A DNA stretch of 64,000 nt from an uncultured Methanomicrobiaceae archaeon (GTDB lineage: Archaea; Halobacteriota; Methanomicrobia; Methanomicrobiales; Methanoculleaceae). Each line of letters begins with the position of its first letter. Within the stretch, counting starts at the first letter, position 1. The stretch lies in contig CAWGXH010000004.1 in NCBI GenBank assembly GCA_963826525.1, positions 1,408,001 through 1,472,000 on the forward strand, in the 5' to 3' direction. Position numbers and translations under genes: made by a program. The notes under the pieces were generated by a model. That model was not told where the DNA came from and searched no databases. It saw only the letters and a program-made list of their open reading frames with translations. This document shows, piece after piece, positions 1 through 10,046 of the stretch.

Positions 1-1
1 C

Positions 2-712
2 ATCAAGGTTGTTCTCGACGCTTTCCCCGGAAAACCTGTCTGGGTGCGGACACTCGATGCCCCTACCGACGAGTTCAGGAACATGGAGGGCGGTGAGGAA
101 GAGCCTGTCGAGCACAACCCCATGCTCGGGTGGCGCGGCATCCGGCGTGACCTCAATAGCCCCGAGCAGTTCCGGATGCAGGTCGAATCCTTCAAGCGCC
201 TCTGGTCTGCAGGGTACGACAATCTCGGCGTGATGTTCCCGCTCGTGAATCACCCCGACGAGTTCAGCCAGGCGAAGGCAATGATGAAGCGCTGGGGCGT
301 CGACGTGGAGAATGTGACCCTCGGCATCATGGTCGAGATCCCGAGCAGCGCTATCCTGATCGAGGAGTTCATCGAGGCCGGGATTAAATTCGCCTCCTTC
401 GGGACGAACGACCTCGTGCAGTACACCCTCGCCATCGACCGGAACAACGAGAACGTCGCCGATATGTACAAGCCGAAGCACCCTGCGGTGCTCCGCCTCA
501 TCGACCAGGCTATCAAAGCATGCCGTGCGCACGACGTCGAGTGCTCCATCTGCGGTCAGGCAGGCTCCGACCCGTCGATGGCGACATGGCTCGTCGAGCA
601 CGGCATCTCCAGCGTCTCCGCGAACATCGACGCGGTGCCCCGGATACGCGAGGCCGTAGCCCGGAAAGAGAAACAGATGATACTTGACCTGGCGAGACGA
701 AACAATGCGTGA
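2..712 (+). CDS. ppsA: phosphoenolpyruvate synthase, C-terminal part (5' end lies outside the window)
   Basis: Frame open from base 2; PEP-utiliser motifs VRTLD, EHNPMLGWRGIR, MVEIP, FGTNDLVQY, SICGQ. Confidence 0.93.
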   Translation: MKVVLDAFPGKPVWVRTLDAPTDEFRNMEGGEEEPVEHNPMLGWRGIRRDLNSPEQFRMQVESFKRLWSAGYDNLGVMFPLVNHPDEFSQAKAMMKRWGVDVENVTLGIMVEIPSSAILIEEFIEAGIKFASFGTNDLVQYTLAIDRNNENVADMYKPKHPAVLRLIDQAIKACRAHDVECSICGQAGSDPSMATWLVEHGISSVSANIDAVPRIREAVARKEKQMILDLARRNNA

Positions 713-1802
713 ACGCGGGTGCTCTGAGGAAGAACTTTTCTCCTTCCTCTCTTCGAAGAGGAGAGAGGATCTCGGGTATCACAATATCTTAAGTTCGATG
801 TGCACCTCGCCGCACCCGGTGGCGGAACGGGTGCATGCGATGTTTCTCGAGACCAATCTCGGAGACCCGGGTCTTTTTCGGGGAACCGCGTCGCTTGAGG
901 ATCTGCTGGTTCGGCGGATCGGCGAACTGATGCACCACCCCGATGCGGGTGGATATGCGACCTCGGGAGGTACCGAGTCGAATATCCAGGCGCTCAGGAT
1001 TGCCAAGAAGCGAAAACCGGTGGCATCTCCAAACGTCGTGGTGCCGGCGTCCGCTCACTTCTCGTTCGAGAAGGCATGCGACATGCTCTCGCTCGAGATG
1101 CGGACGGCGCCGGTCGATGCCCGGTACCGGCTGGACCTCGATGTACTGGACGGTATCGTCGATAAAAACACCGTCTGCATCGTCGGCATCGTCGGGACGA
1201 CGGAGTACGGCATGATCGATCCGATCGAACGCCTCTCCGAACTTGCAGAGGAGCGTGATACCTTCCTCCACGTCGATGCGGCCTTCGGGGGCATGGTGGT
1301 GCCCTTCCTCCCGAACCCCGCGCCCTTCGACTTTCTGCTGCCCGGTGTCGACAGCATCTCGGTCGATCCTCACAAGATGGGCATGAGCACGATCCCGGCG
1401 GGCTGCCTGCTCGTCCGGGATGCCCGGATGTTCACCTGCTTAAATGTTGACACCCCATATCTTACTGTCAAGCAGGAGTGCACGCTTGCCGGAACCAGAT
1501 CCGGTGCCTCGGTCGCTGCAGCGCTTGCCGTCCTCGAATACCTCGGGAAGGACGGGATGCGTGCAATCGTTGCAGGCTGCATGGAGAATACGCGCCGGCT
1601 CATCGAAGGGATGGAGACGCTCGGCTGCCCGCGTGCGGTGACGCCCGACGTCAACGTCGCGACCTTCGTCTGCGACGAATCGCCGCCCGGGTGGCGCGTC
1701 TCCAGAACCCGGAACGGGCATATGCGCATCGTCTGCATGCCGCACGTGCACCGCGACGTCGTCGAGGCATTCCTGCGTGACATGGGTGAACTGAATGCTT
1801 GA
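705..1802 (+). CDS. mfnA: L-tyrosine/L-aspartate decarboxylase (PLP, group II)
   Basis: ILSSMCT, ETNLGDPGLF, TSGGTESN, HVDAAFGG, VDPHKMG; ATG at 705 overlaps the ppsA end. Confidence 0.92.
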   Translation: MRERGCSEEELFSFLSSKRREDLGYHNILSSMCTSPHPVAERVHAMFLETNLGDPGLFRGTASLEDLLVRRIGELMHHPDAGGYATSGGTESNIQALRIAKKRKPVASPNVVVPASAHFSFEKACDMLSLEMRTAPVDARYRLDLDVLDGIVDKNTVCIVGIVGTTEYGMIDPIERLSELAEERDTFLHVDAAFGGMVVPFLPNPAPFDFLLPGVDSISVDPHKMGMSTIPAGCLLVRDARMFTCLNVDTPYLTVKQECTLAGTRSGASVAAALAVLEYLGKDGMRAIVAGCMENTRRLIEGMETLGCPRAVTPDVNVATFVCDESPPGWRVSRTRNGHMRIVCMPHVHRDVVEAFLRDMGELNA

Positions 1803-2346
1803 AAGGCTCGTTGAATCACTGGAAGCCTCCCCGATGGTGAAACGGGGAGAGTACAACTACTTTATCCACCCGATCACCGACGGCGTCCCGCTCTGCGAAC
1901 CGGAGCTCCTCCGCGAGGTCGGGTGTGCGATGGTGCGGGTACTCGATCTCGAAGGGGTCGATAAGATCGTGGTCGCCGAGGCGATGGGGATCCATATCGG
2001 GGTCACCCTCTCGCTGATGACCGATATCCCCCTCGTGATCGTGAGAAAGCGTCCGTACCAGCTCCCCGGCGAGGTGGCGATCCACCAGACGACCGGCTAC
2101 TCGAAGGGAGAACTCTACCTCAACGGGGTGGAGAAGGGCGACCGCGTCGTGGTCGTCGATGACGTCTGCAGCACGGGCGGCACCATGCGCGCCATCCTCA
2201 GCGCCCTCGATCAGATCGGTGCCGAGGTTGCGGATATCTGCGTCGTGATCACACGGGGCGACGAGGATATCGGCCGGCCGTTCAAGACCCTGGTCAAGGT
2301 GGCTGTCTCCGAGTCCGGAGTGCGTGTCGTTGATACCTACCGATGA
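1795..2346 (+). CDS. hpt: archaeal hypoxanthine/guanine phosphoribosyltransferase
   Basis: YNYFIHPITDG, EAMGIH, PRPP-binding VVVVDDVCSTGGT. Confidence 0.85.
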   Translation: MLERLVESLEASPMVKRGEYNYFIHPITDGVPLCEPELLREVGCAMVRVLDLEGVDKIVVAEAMGIHIGVTLSLMTDIPLVIVRKRPYQLPGEVAIHQTTGYSKGELYLNGVEKGDRVVVVDDVCSTGGTMRAILSALDQIGAEVADICVVITRGDEDIGRPFKTLVKVAVSESGVRVVDTYR

Positions 2347-3277
2347 TCTCATCCTGCGGCTCGAGCGCCGCGGTATCCGAAAGGTTGCCCTCCAGTTTCC
2401 GGCAGGGCTGAAGCGGGAGGCATGGCCCGTCGCCTCGGCGCTCCGCGAGGCGGGGTTCGAGGTGGTCGTCAGCGGCGATCCCTGTTACGGCGCCTGTGAC
2501 CTCGACCGTGACGCCCTCGCGCTCGCGGAGGTGCTGGTGCACTTCGGGCACGCCCCCGTCGAAGACCGGGAGAACGTGATCTACGAAACGGTTCGTTCCG
2601 TCATCGACGTCGGCGCCCTTGCGGCAGCCCTGCCGCTCCTCTCGGGGCGATCCCTCGGCCTCGTCACCACCGTCCAGCACGTCCACCAGATCGACGAGAT
2701 GGCGGCGTTTCTCGAGGAGCAGGGGTTTCGGGTCAGCGTGGCGCCGGGCGACGGGAGAGCGCCTCTCTGCGGTCAGGTGCTCGGGTGCAACTTCCAGGCG
2801 GCACGAGCGACCGGTGCGGAAGAGATCCTCTACGTCGGAACGGGTCTCTTCCACCCCATCGGCGTACAGCTGGCGACGAAAGCCCGGGTGATCGCGCTCG
2901 ACCCCTACACCGGAACGGCGCAGGAGGTGGACGCCTCCCGCCTGATCCGCCGGCGGTTTGCCGTGATGGAGAAAGCCCGCGATGCCGGAAGTATCGGCGT
3001 CATCGTCAGCACGAAGAGCGGGCAGCAGCGGCTCGACCTTGCCCGGCGGCTCGTCAGGCTCTCCGATCGTGCCGTCCTCGTCACGATGCGCGAAGTCTGC
3101 CCGGACGAGCTCTTAAACCTTGGGTTTGACTGCTACGTCAATACGGCATGCCCGCGGCTTGCCTACGACGATCAGATCCGGTTTCCGGTGCCGGTGCTGA
3201 GCCCCTCGGAGTTTGAGATCCTCTGCGGCGTGCGAAGCTTCGACGACTACATCATCGACGAGTTCCTCTCTGCATGA
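2324..3277 (+). CDS. dph2: diphthamide biosynthesis enzyme Dph2
   Basis: VALQFPAGLK, PCYGACD, HFGH, GQVLGCNF, NTACPR (three Fe-S Cys). Confidence 0.92.
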   Translation: MSLIPTDDLILRLERRGIRKVALQFPAGLKREAWPVASALREAGFEVVVSGDPCYGACDLDRDALALAEVLVHFGHAPVEDRENVIYETVRSVIDVGALAAALPLLSGRSLGLVTTVQHVHQIDEMAAFLEEQGFRVSVAPGDGRAPLCGQVLGCNFQAARATGAEEILYVGTGLFHPIGVQLATKARVIALDPYTGTAQEVDASRLIRRRFAVMEKARDAGSIGVIVSTKSGQQRLDLARRLVRLSDRAVLVTMREVCPDELLNLGFDCYVNTACPRLAYDDQIRFPVPVLSPSEFEILCGVRSFDDYIIDEFLSA

Positions 3278-3885
3278 ACCTCCGACAGCTCGAGATCAAA
3301 CTCGCGCGCCTCGAGGGGTTCGCCCGCCCCGTCGCCAGACTCGAACAGTACCAGACGCCGGCTTCCGTCGCGGCGCGCCTTCTCTTTCACGCCTACATGC
3401 AGGGAGCGATCGAGGATAAACGTATCTGCGACCTCGGGTGCGGCACCGGTATTCTTGCATGCGGCGCCGCGATGCTCGGGGCATCCTCGGTCGTCGGGAT
3501 CGATATCGATCCGCTCGCCGTCGACCAGGCGCAGAGGAACGCCCGCCTGATCGGTGCGGAGATCGAGTTCGTCGTCGGCAACGTGGCGAGCAGGGATGTC
3601 GACTGGACGATGTTTGCCGCCGATACCGTCGTCATGAACCCCCCGTTCGGGGCGCAGAAGGTGCATGCCGACAGACCGTTCATCGATAGGAGCCTCGAGC
3701 TTGCCGGGGAGGTCTACGGTATATTCAACGCCGGTTCACGCCCCTTCGTGGAGGCGTATACCAAAGGGCGCGCCGTGATCGATGAGGTTATTGCATGCTC
3801 CTTCCCGATACCCCGCACATTCGCTCACCACCGGAAAGAGCGAGCAGATATCACCGTCGAGGTCATACACTTCCACCGTATCTGA
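3274..3885 (+). CDS. METTL5-family SAM-dependent RNA methyltransferase
   Basis: LEQYQTP, DLGCGTG, VMNPPFG. Confidence 0.88.
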   Translation: MNLRQLEIKLARLEGFARPVARLEQYQTPASVAARLLFHAYMQGAIEDKRICDLGCGTGILACGAAMLGASSVVGIDIDPLAVDQAQRNARLIGAEIEFVVGNVASRDVDWTMFAADTVVMNPPFGAQKVHADRPFIDRSLELAGEVYGIFNAGSRPFVEAYTKGRAVIDEVIACSFPIPRTFAHHRKERADITVEVIHFHRI

Positions 3886-3889
3886 TACC

Positions 3890-5062
3890 GTGACGTCGAA
3901 GGCTAAATCAGTCTGGGGGCTCTCCGCAGCTCACCTGGTGACCGATCTCTACTCGCCCGTTCTTCCGGCGATCATGCCGCTGCTCATCGCCCAGGAGGGC
4001 TACACCTACCTCCTGGCAGGCCTGATCATAACCGTCTACAACCTCACCTCCTCGCTCGTCCAGCCCCTTGTCGGGTGGGCATACGATACGAAGGGGCTCT
4101 CCATCCACGTCAGCATCAGCGTCCTCTTAAGTGCGGTATTCATCTCCATAATCGGGCTCGTCACCGACTATACCCTCGTCCTCGTCTGCGCCGGAATTGC
4201 GGCGCTCGGTCATGCCTTCTTCCACCCGAGTGCTCTTGGAGCGGTCAGCAGGCTGACGCAGGACGCAAGCAGGGGCAGGATCACTTCGTACTTCGTCGTC
4301 GGAGGGAACCTCGGGTTCGCCATCGGGCCTATCTGCGCCGGAGCGGTCGTCGCGCTCATGGGCCTGCCGGGGCTCGTGGTTCTCGTCATCCCCGGCCTTG
4401 TGATGGCCGTCGTTCTCAGGGCCGTTCTCCCCGCTCCCCGGCCACATGCACAGCATATCATCCCCGCCGCACCTCCGGGAGAGCCGGTACCCCGCCGGCC
4501 GATCGCCATCCTGGTGATCGCGTCCGCACTCCGTGCATGGGCGATATTCGCCTCCGTCGCGTTTCTTCCGACGTTCCTCACGCTGCGCGGCATCGATCTC
4601 GTGACGGCGAACCTGCTGGTATCCGGGATGCTGGTCGCCGGGGTGATCGGCCAGATCGTGGGAGGTACGCTCTCCGACCGCTACGGGCGCAAGGAGTACA
4701 CGCTCCTCGGCCTCGTCGCTGCGATACCGCTCTTTTACCTATTCCTCACGACTGCGGATTGGCTCTCGCTCATCATCCTGATGGTATTCGGGTTCACGCT
4801 CTGGTCGACGTTCTCGGTGACCATTGCGATGGCGCACGAACTGATGCCGAGGAACGTCGGCGTGATCTCCGGCCTGATGCTCGGGCTTGCGGTCGGAGCC
4901 GGCGGGATGGGAGTGGCCGCGACGGGATACATCGCCGATACGTTCTCGCTCGAGACCGCTCTCCTGACGATACCCCTGCCGGTTATCGCGTCGATTCTGC
5001 TCTTCAGTGTGGTTCCGTACCCCTGGAAAACCCTTGCACGCTTCCTTCCCGGTTACCGGTGA
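3890..5062 (+). CDS. MFS transporter (Fsr/fosmidomycin-resistance-like)
   Basis: About 12 hydrophobic helices; AHLVTD, GHAFFHP, GGNLGFAIGP, LSDRYGRK; GTG start at 3890 inferred. Confidence 0.85.
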   Translation: MTSKAKSVWGLSAAHLVTDLYSPVLPAIMPLLIAQEGYTYLLAGLIITVYNLTSSLVQPLVGWAYDTKGLSIHVSISVLLSAVFISIIGLVTDYTLVLVCAGIAALGHAFFHPSALGAVSRLTQDASRGRITSYFVVGGNLGFAIGPICAGAVVALMGLPGLVVLVIPGLVMAVVLRAVLPAPRPHAQHIIPAAPPGEPVPRRPIAILVIASALRAWAIFASVAFLPTFLTLRGIDLVTANLLVSGMLVAGVIGQIVGGTLSDRYGRKEYTLLGLVAAIPLFYLFLTTADWLSLIILMVFGFTLWSTFSVTIAMAHELMPRNVGVISGLMLGLAVGAGGMGVAATGYIADTFSLETALLTIPLPVIASILLFSVVPYPWKTLARFLPGYR

Positions 5063-5114
5063 TCGGCACGGCAGACGTACTCCTCAAGTACAGGAACTGC
5101 CGAAGAGGAGCACG

Positions 5115-6767
5115 ATGGTTACCCGGTTCCAGCGGTACGGGCAGATCGCCGATGTCCTGATCAAGTACGGGTTCGGCATCCTCGTCGAAGAGGTCTTTCC
5201 CGGCTCGGAGCGGCTGCGGGCATTTAAGCGGCGGGGGAAGAAGGAAGAACTCCCTACGTACGTGCGTGTCCGCCTTGCCATCGAAGAACTTGGGCCGACG
5301 TTCATTAAGTTCGGCCAGATCATGAGCACCCGGCGGGAATTGCTCCCGCCCGAACTGATCGTGGAGCTGCAGAAATTGCAGGATCAGGTGGCTCCCCTGC
5401 CGTACGAGGAGGTAAAGCCGGTCATCGAGGAGTACTGCCCCGACTTCGGCAGTTGCTTTGACCTCATCGAGGAAGAACCCTTCGCAGCAGCTTCGCTTTC
5501 GCAGGTGCATCGTGCCGTCCTGAAAGACCGATCCGTGGTCGCGCTCAAAATTCAGCGCCCGGGAATCGTCGACCTCATCGAGACGGATATCTTAATCCTC
5601 CAGTCGCTCGCCGACCGGGTCGAGAGCATGTACCCCGATCTCCGGGTCTACAGCCCCCGGGGTATGGTCGACGAGTTTGCCGTGCAGATCCGACGGGAAC
5701 TTGACTTTGTCCAGGACGGGCTGAACGCCGAGCGGATAGGCCACAACATGCGGGAGGTTCGTGGCGTTCGTGTTCCGAAGATCTACTGGAAGTACACCGG
5801 TACCCGCCTGCTCACCATGGAATACGTGGAGGGTGTCCGGATCGATGACATCCCGGCTATTAAGAGCATGGGGCTGCTCCCGAGGGAGATTGCGGAGCGA
5901 GGCTTTTCAGCCTATATAAAACAGATATTCGTCGACGGTTTCTTCCACGGCGACCCGCACCCCGGAAACCTTCTGGTGACGGAGAACGGTTTCATCGTCT
6001 TTCTCGACTTCGGGATCGTCGGCGTCCTGCGGCCCGAGAAGAAACGGCGTTTCATCGAGCTCCTCCTTGCCATCGTCAACGGCGATGTCAGTCGGGTTAT
6101 GAACGCATTAAGCAACCTCGGTGTCCACATAAGGCCCGAGGATCTCGACAACGTCGAGGATGAACTCTATGTCGTGCTCCTCGATTACCAGGATGCACAA
6201 ATCGGGCAGTTCGACTTCGGGCAGGCCCTGATCGGCCTGACCGATACCCTTCGCCGCTACCGGATCCGCGTCCCGCCGTCGCTCATGCTGATGATGAAGG
6301 TGATCATCATGGTGCTGGATGTCGGGACGGAGCTTGACCCGACATTCAACTTCGATAAACATGTCAGGCCCCATATCGCCGAGATAGCAGCCCGGGAGCG
6401 GTTCTCGCCGAAGAAGGTGCTCGATGCCGGGCGTGCGGTCACCGATGCTATCGAGAGCCTCGTAACGCTCCCCCGCTCCATCGCCGAGACCTTGCAAAAC
6501 GTTACCGAAGGCTCGATCGCGCTTGAGATGGAGAAGAACACCTTAAACCAGATACAGCTGATGTTCGATCACGTGACCGACAAAATCCTGGTCGGGCTCA
6601 TCGTCGCCGCCATCGTGGTCGGTTCATCGCTCGTCCTCCGGGTCTCGGACGTCACCCTCCCGAATTACATCGCGTGGCTCGCCATCGTCGGGTATACAGT
6701 TGCGGTGCTGGTTGGGTTCTATGCGATCTACCATGCTATCGTGTACGAGCCCGGGGGCAGAACCTGA
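5115..6767 (+). CDS. AarF/UbiB/ABC1 atypical kinase-family protein
   Basis: ELGPTFIKFGQ, AAASLSQVHRA, VALKIQRP, FHGDPHPGN, LDFG; two C-terminal TM helices; GAGGAG RBS before ATG 5115. Confidence 0.9.
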   Translation: MVTRFQRYGQIADVLIKYGFGILVEEVFPGSERLRAFKRRGKKEELPTYVRVRLAIEELGPTFIKFGQIMSTRRELLPPELIVELQKLQDQVAPLPYEEVKPVIEEYCPDFGSCFDLIEEEPFAAASLSQVHRAVLKDRSVVALKIQRPGIVDLIETDILILQSLADRVESMYPDLRVYSPRGMVDEFAVQIRRELDFVQDGLNAERIGHNMREVRGVRVPKIYWKYTGTRLLTMEYVEGVRIDDIPAIKSMGLLPREIAERGFSAYIKQIFVDGFFHGDPHPGNLLVTENGFIVFLDFGIVGVLRPEKKRRFIELLLAIVNGDVSRVMNALSNLGVHIRPEDLDNVEDELYVVLLDYQDAQIGQFDFGQALIGLTDTLRRYRIRVPPSLMLMMKVIIMVLDVGTELDPTFNFDKHVRPHIAEIAARERFSPKKVLDAGRAVTDAIESLVTLPRSIAETLQNVTEGSIALEMEKNTLNQIQLMFDHVTDKILVGLIVAAIVVGSSLVLRVSDVTLPNYIAWLAIVGYTVAVLVGFYAIYHAIVYEPGGRT

Positions 6768-6839
6768 CCGCGGTCTGCCTGCAGAAGAAGGGAGGGATAG
6801 AGGATATCTTGACTTGGGATGCCTGGCGGGTATCGGCCG

Positions 6840-7124
6840 TCATTCGTCCTTTTTCTTAAAGTAGAGGCTGCAGTGGCATTTGCCCGTCTCTTCTATCTCT
6901 TTGTCGTGATAGATGCAGGGGCAGATGATGATCCGGTCTTTCTCGGGCTCGCCGCTCCGCAGACGGCAGGGGCAATACGGCTCGCCGAAACGCTCCTTAT
7001 TCCGCGTCAGCCCCCGAAGGACTGCGTTCAACTGCTTCTCGTCGGGATTGAGTACCCACCCCCGCTCCTTTGCGTATCGTTTCGCCCAGATTCGCGTCCC
7101 CTCAATCGGTTCTTCTTCTGTCAT
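6840..7124 (-). CDS. ferredoxin:thioredoxin reductase catalytic subunit-like protein (FtrB)
   Basis: YCPCR, ICPCIYH, CHCSLY motifs. Confidence 0.88.
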   Translation of the reverse strand: MTEEEPIEGTRIWAKRYAKERGWVLNPDEKQLNAVLRGLTRNKERFGEPYCPCRLRSGEPEKDRIIICPCIYHDKEIEETGKCHCSLYFKKKDE

Positions 7125-7154
7125 AGTCTACTCCTTGTATCGGGTATATCGGTA

Positions 7155-7856
7155 TTATTTCTGTTGTTCGATATGCGTGATCATCGAGGTGAAGATCTTA
7201 ATGCCGGCGTCGGATCCGAGCACCTGTTCCGATGCCCGCTCGGGGTGGGGCATCATGACCATCACGTTGCACGTATCGCCGCCGAGAACTCCGGTAATAT
7301 TCTCCGTCGAGCCGTTCGGGTTGCTCCCCGGCGTGACGGTGCCGTGCTCGTCGCAGAAACGGAATGCGATACGGCCTTCCCGGTTCAGCCGGTCGACCAC
7401 GTCGGGCGCGGCCACGTACCGCCCTTCCTTGTGAGCGATGGGGACCCGGATAACCTCGCCTTTCCGGTAGCACGCGGTGAACGGCGAGGTGTCGTTCTCT
7501 ACCTTCAGGTAGACATGGCGCGAGATGAACTTCGGGTAGGCGTTGAGCGTGAACGTCCCCGGGATCAGTCCCGCCTCGGAACCGATCTGTGCCCCGTTGC
7601 AGATGCCGAGGATAAGCCGCCCTTCGCGGGCATGCCGGAGAATATCCTGCATGACCGGGGTTCGTGCGGCGATCGCTCCTGCCCGGAGATAATCCCCGTA
7701 GGAGAATCCGCCGGGAAGAACGATTCCGTCATAGTTCCGCTGCAGTCCGTCCTTGTACCAGACGAGGTCGGTATCGACGCCGCAGACCTCTTCGAGGACG
7801 TAGAGCGTATCCCGATCGCAGTTGCTCCCGCCGAACTGGACGACTGCAAACCTCAT
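7155..7856 (-). CDS. purQ: FGAM synthase glutaminase subunit
   Basis: GSNCDRD, PGGFSYGDYLRAGAI, GICNG, MMPHPER. Confidence 0.95.
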   Translation of the reverse strand: MRFAVVQFGGSNCDRDTLYVLEEVCGVDTDLVWYKDGLQRNYDGIVLPGGFSYGDYLRAGAIAARTPVMQDILRHAREGRLILGICNGAQIGSEAGLIPGTFTLNAYPKFISRHVYLKVENDTSPFTACYRKGEVIRVPIAHKEGRYVAAPDVVDRLNREGRIAFRFCDEHGTVTPGSNPNGSTENITGVLGGDTCNVMVMMPHPERASEQVLGSDAGIKIFTSMITHIEQQK

Positions 7857-8098
7857 TCTGCGACCTCAACGGTATAGTGGTGAATAACGGGGTTAGCGAG
7901 CAGGCGTTCGCACATCTTCTCTGCCTCTGCCGCTGCCTCTTCGGCGCTCGGTGCGTCCAGCGTGAGCTGGAAGAGCCGTGCAGTGCGGAGGCTTTCGGTC
8001 TCGAAACCGAGATTTGCGAGGGCATGCCGTATCGCACGCGCCTCGGGGTCGAGCATTCCTTCCTTGAGTGCAATGGTTATGGTTACATCATACTTCAT
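7853..8098 (-). CDS. purS: FGAM synthase subunit PurS
   Basis: LDPEA, MCERLLANPVI; lies between purC and purQ. Confidence 0.92.
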   Translation of the reverse strand: MKYDVTITIALKEGMLDPEARAIRHALANLGFETESLRTARLFQLTLDAPSAEEAAAEAEKMCERLLANPVIHHYTVEVAE

Positions 8099-8118
8099 GG
8101 CAATCTTCCCTCCTGTGA

Positions 8119-8822
8119 TCAAGAGATAATACGCTTCGCCACCTTTGCATATTCGGCCATAACGTCCCCTTTGTCAAACCGGTATACATCCTTGTCCATC
8201 GACTGCCGGGTCTCCTTATCCCAGAGCCGCATCGAGTCCATGCTGATCTCGTCACCGAGATAGATGACGCCGTCCCGGTGTCCGAACTCCATCTTGAAGT
8301 CGACAAGGGTGATGCCGCGTGCATCGAGGTGGTCTTTGAGCAGCTCGTTGATCGTCAGTGCATTCTCCTTGATCTGGTCGAGTTCTTCCCGGGTGGCGAT
8401 ACGGAGAGCCAGGATCAGGTCATCGTTGAGCATCGGGTCGTGCCGGGAATCATCTTTATAGTCGATCACGATCACGGGCGGGTCAAGGGGAGCTCCCTCG
8501 GTGAAGGGATACCGCCGCACAATGGAGCCGGCCGCAACGTTCCGGACGATGACTTCGAGCGGGATCATCTCAAGGTCCCGGACGACCATCGTGATCGGAT
8601 CGATCATGCCGAGGAAATGGGTCTTAATGCCGCGCTCCTCCAGGTACCGGAAGAAGAATGCGGAGACTTCGGCATTATATCGACCTTTTCCCCCAGTACG
8701 TCTTTCTTCCCGCCGTCAAACGCCGTGATGTCGTCCCGGAACTGCATGATCAGGTTACCCTGTTCGTCCGATCGGTAGACGGATTTTGCCTTGCCCTGAT
8801 ACATAAGGTCAAGCTGCTTCAT
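8119..8822 (-). CDS. purC: SAICAR synthase (one-base deletion near 8684, probably a sequencing error)
   Basis: YQGKAKSVY...FRDDITAFDG in one frame; IPLEVIVRNVAAGS, LVDFKMEFG, DEISMDSMRLWD in the next. Confidence 0.92.
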
Positions 8823-8853
8823 AGCCGGATCTCTCCTCTTTCTATAGGCCTTC

Positions 8854-9861
8854 TTATAGAATGATATTATGGTTCGCCGCCACGCTCGAAGGCATCAAGA
8901 CGGGCAGAAGCTTGTCCACCAGCGGCCTGAGCGCCGGGGATACCCACCCTTTCCCGATGAACCGGGGATAGATGCAGAGGCGCTCTTTCAGGACGGCGTC
9001 ACCCGCTACCCGGCGGAGTTCGTCTATCTGCGGCCAGGGGTGCTCCGGGTTGACGTAGTCGATGGTGAGGGGGGATACCCCGCCGAGGTCGTCCACGCCG
9101 CAGCCGATGAGGCGAGAAGCGTCGGCGAGGTTCGGGGGGATCTGCACCGCTACCTCCGGCGGGAGGATCTCCCGTGCAAGCGCGATGGTGGTGCAGAGTT
9201 CCTCGCTGCCCGGTACGCGGGCATGCTCCATCGGCGTCCCGACTTTCGGGCAGAAGTTCTGGACGATGACCTCCTGGATATGGTCGTAGCGCCGGTGGAG
9301 GTCCCGGATCACCCGGAGCGACTCTTCACGGTCGTCTTCGGTCTCGCCGATCCCGATGAGGATGCCGGTGGTGAACGGAATCCGAAGTTTCCCGGCATTC
9401 TCCATCATCTCGATGCGCACCGCCGGATCTTTTCCGGGCGATGCGGCATGCGCCGGAACGTCGGCCGTCGTCTCGAGCATCAGCCCCATGCTGGCGTTGA
9501 CCTCTGCCAGTCGCTCGAGCTCCGCGTATGACAGAATTCCGGCGTTGGTGTGCGGCAGCAGTCCCGCATCGATGCTCGCCCGGCAAAGGTCGTAGCAGTA
9601 GTCGAGGATATCGGTATACCCGAGGAGTGCGAGCCGTTCGGAGAACCCCGGAACTTTTCCCGGCCGCTCGCCGAACGTGAAAAGCGCCTCCGTGCACCCG
9701 AGGGCGGATCCACGCTCCAGTGTGGCGATGACCTCGCCCGGCTGCATGATGCATCCGTCCCCGACCGGTGTCTGAAAACAGCAGTAACTGCACCGGTTGA
9801 AGCAGACGCTCGTCAGTGGGAGGAACACGTTCTTCGAGAAGGTGATCTGCCGGTGGTGCAT
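8854..9861 (-). CDS. cofG: FO synthase subunit CofG (radical SAM)
   Basis: ITFSKNVFLPLT, CFNRCSYC, LLPHTNAG, SMGLMLE, FTTGILIGIGE, DLGGVSP, NPEHPWP. Confidence 0.93.
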   Translation of the reverse strand: MHHRQITFSKNVFLPLTSVCFNRCSYCCFQTPVGDGCIMQPGEVIATLERGSALGCTEALFTFGERPGKVPGFSERLALLGYTDILDYCYDLCRASIDAGLLPHTNAGILSYAELERLAEVNASMGLMLETTADVPAHAASPGKDPAVRIEMMENAGKLRIPFTTGILIGIGETEDDREESLRVIRDLHRRYDHIQEVIVQNFCPKVGTPMEHARVPGSEELCTTIALAREILPPEVAVQIPPNLADASRLIGCGVDDLGGVSPLTIDYVNPEHPWPQIDELRRVAGDAVLKERLCIYPRFIGKGWVSPALRPLVDKLLPVLMPSSVAANHNIIL

Positions 9862-10046
9862 GGTAGTACTTCGGCATATTTCCTCTTCAACCTTCGGACA
9901 GGCGGAGCAGCGTCCCGCGCCGCTCTTCCGCGCGACGCCCGCGGGCAGAAGTGCATCCGGGAATACACGGAGGGTTTTGCGTATCTCCGGTGTCGGTGCC
10001 GTATGGAGCGATGCCTTTTTGTTGATTACCCGACAACCGGATTTCA

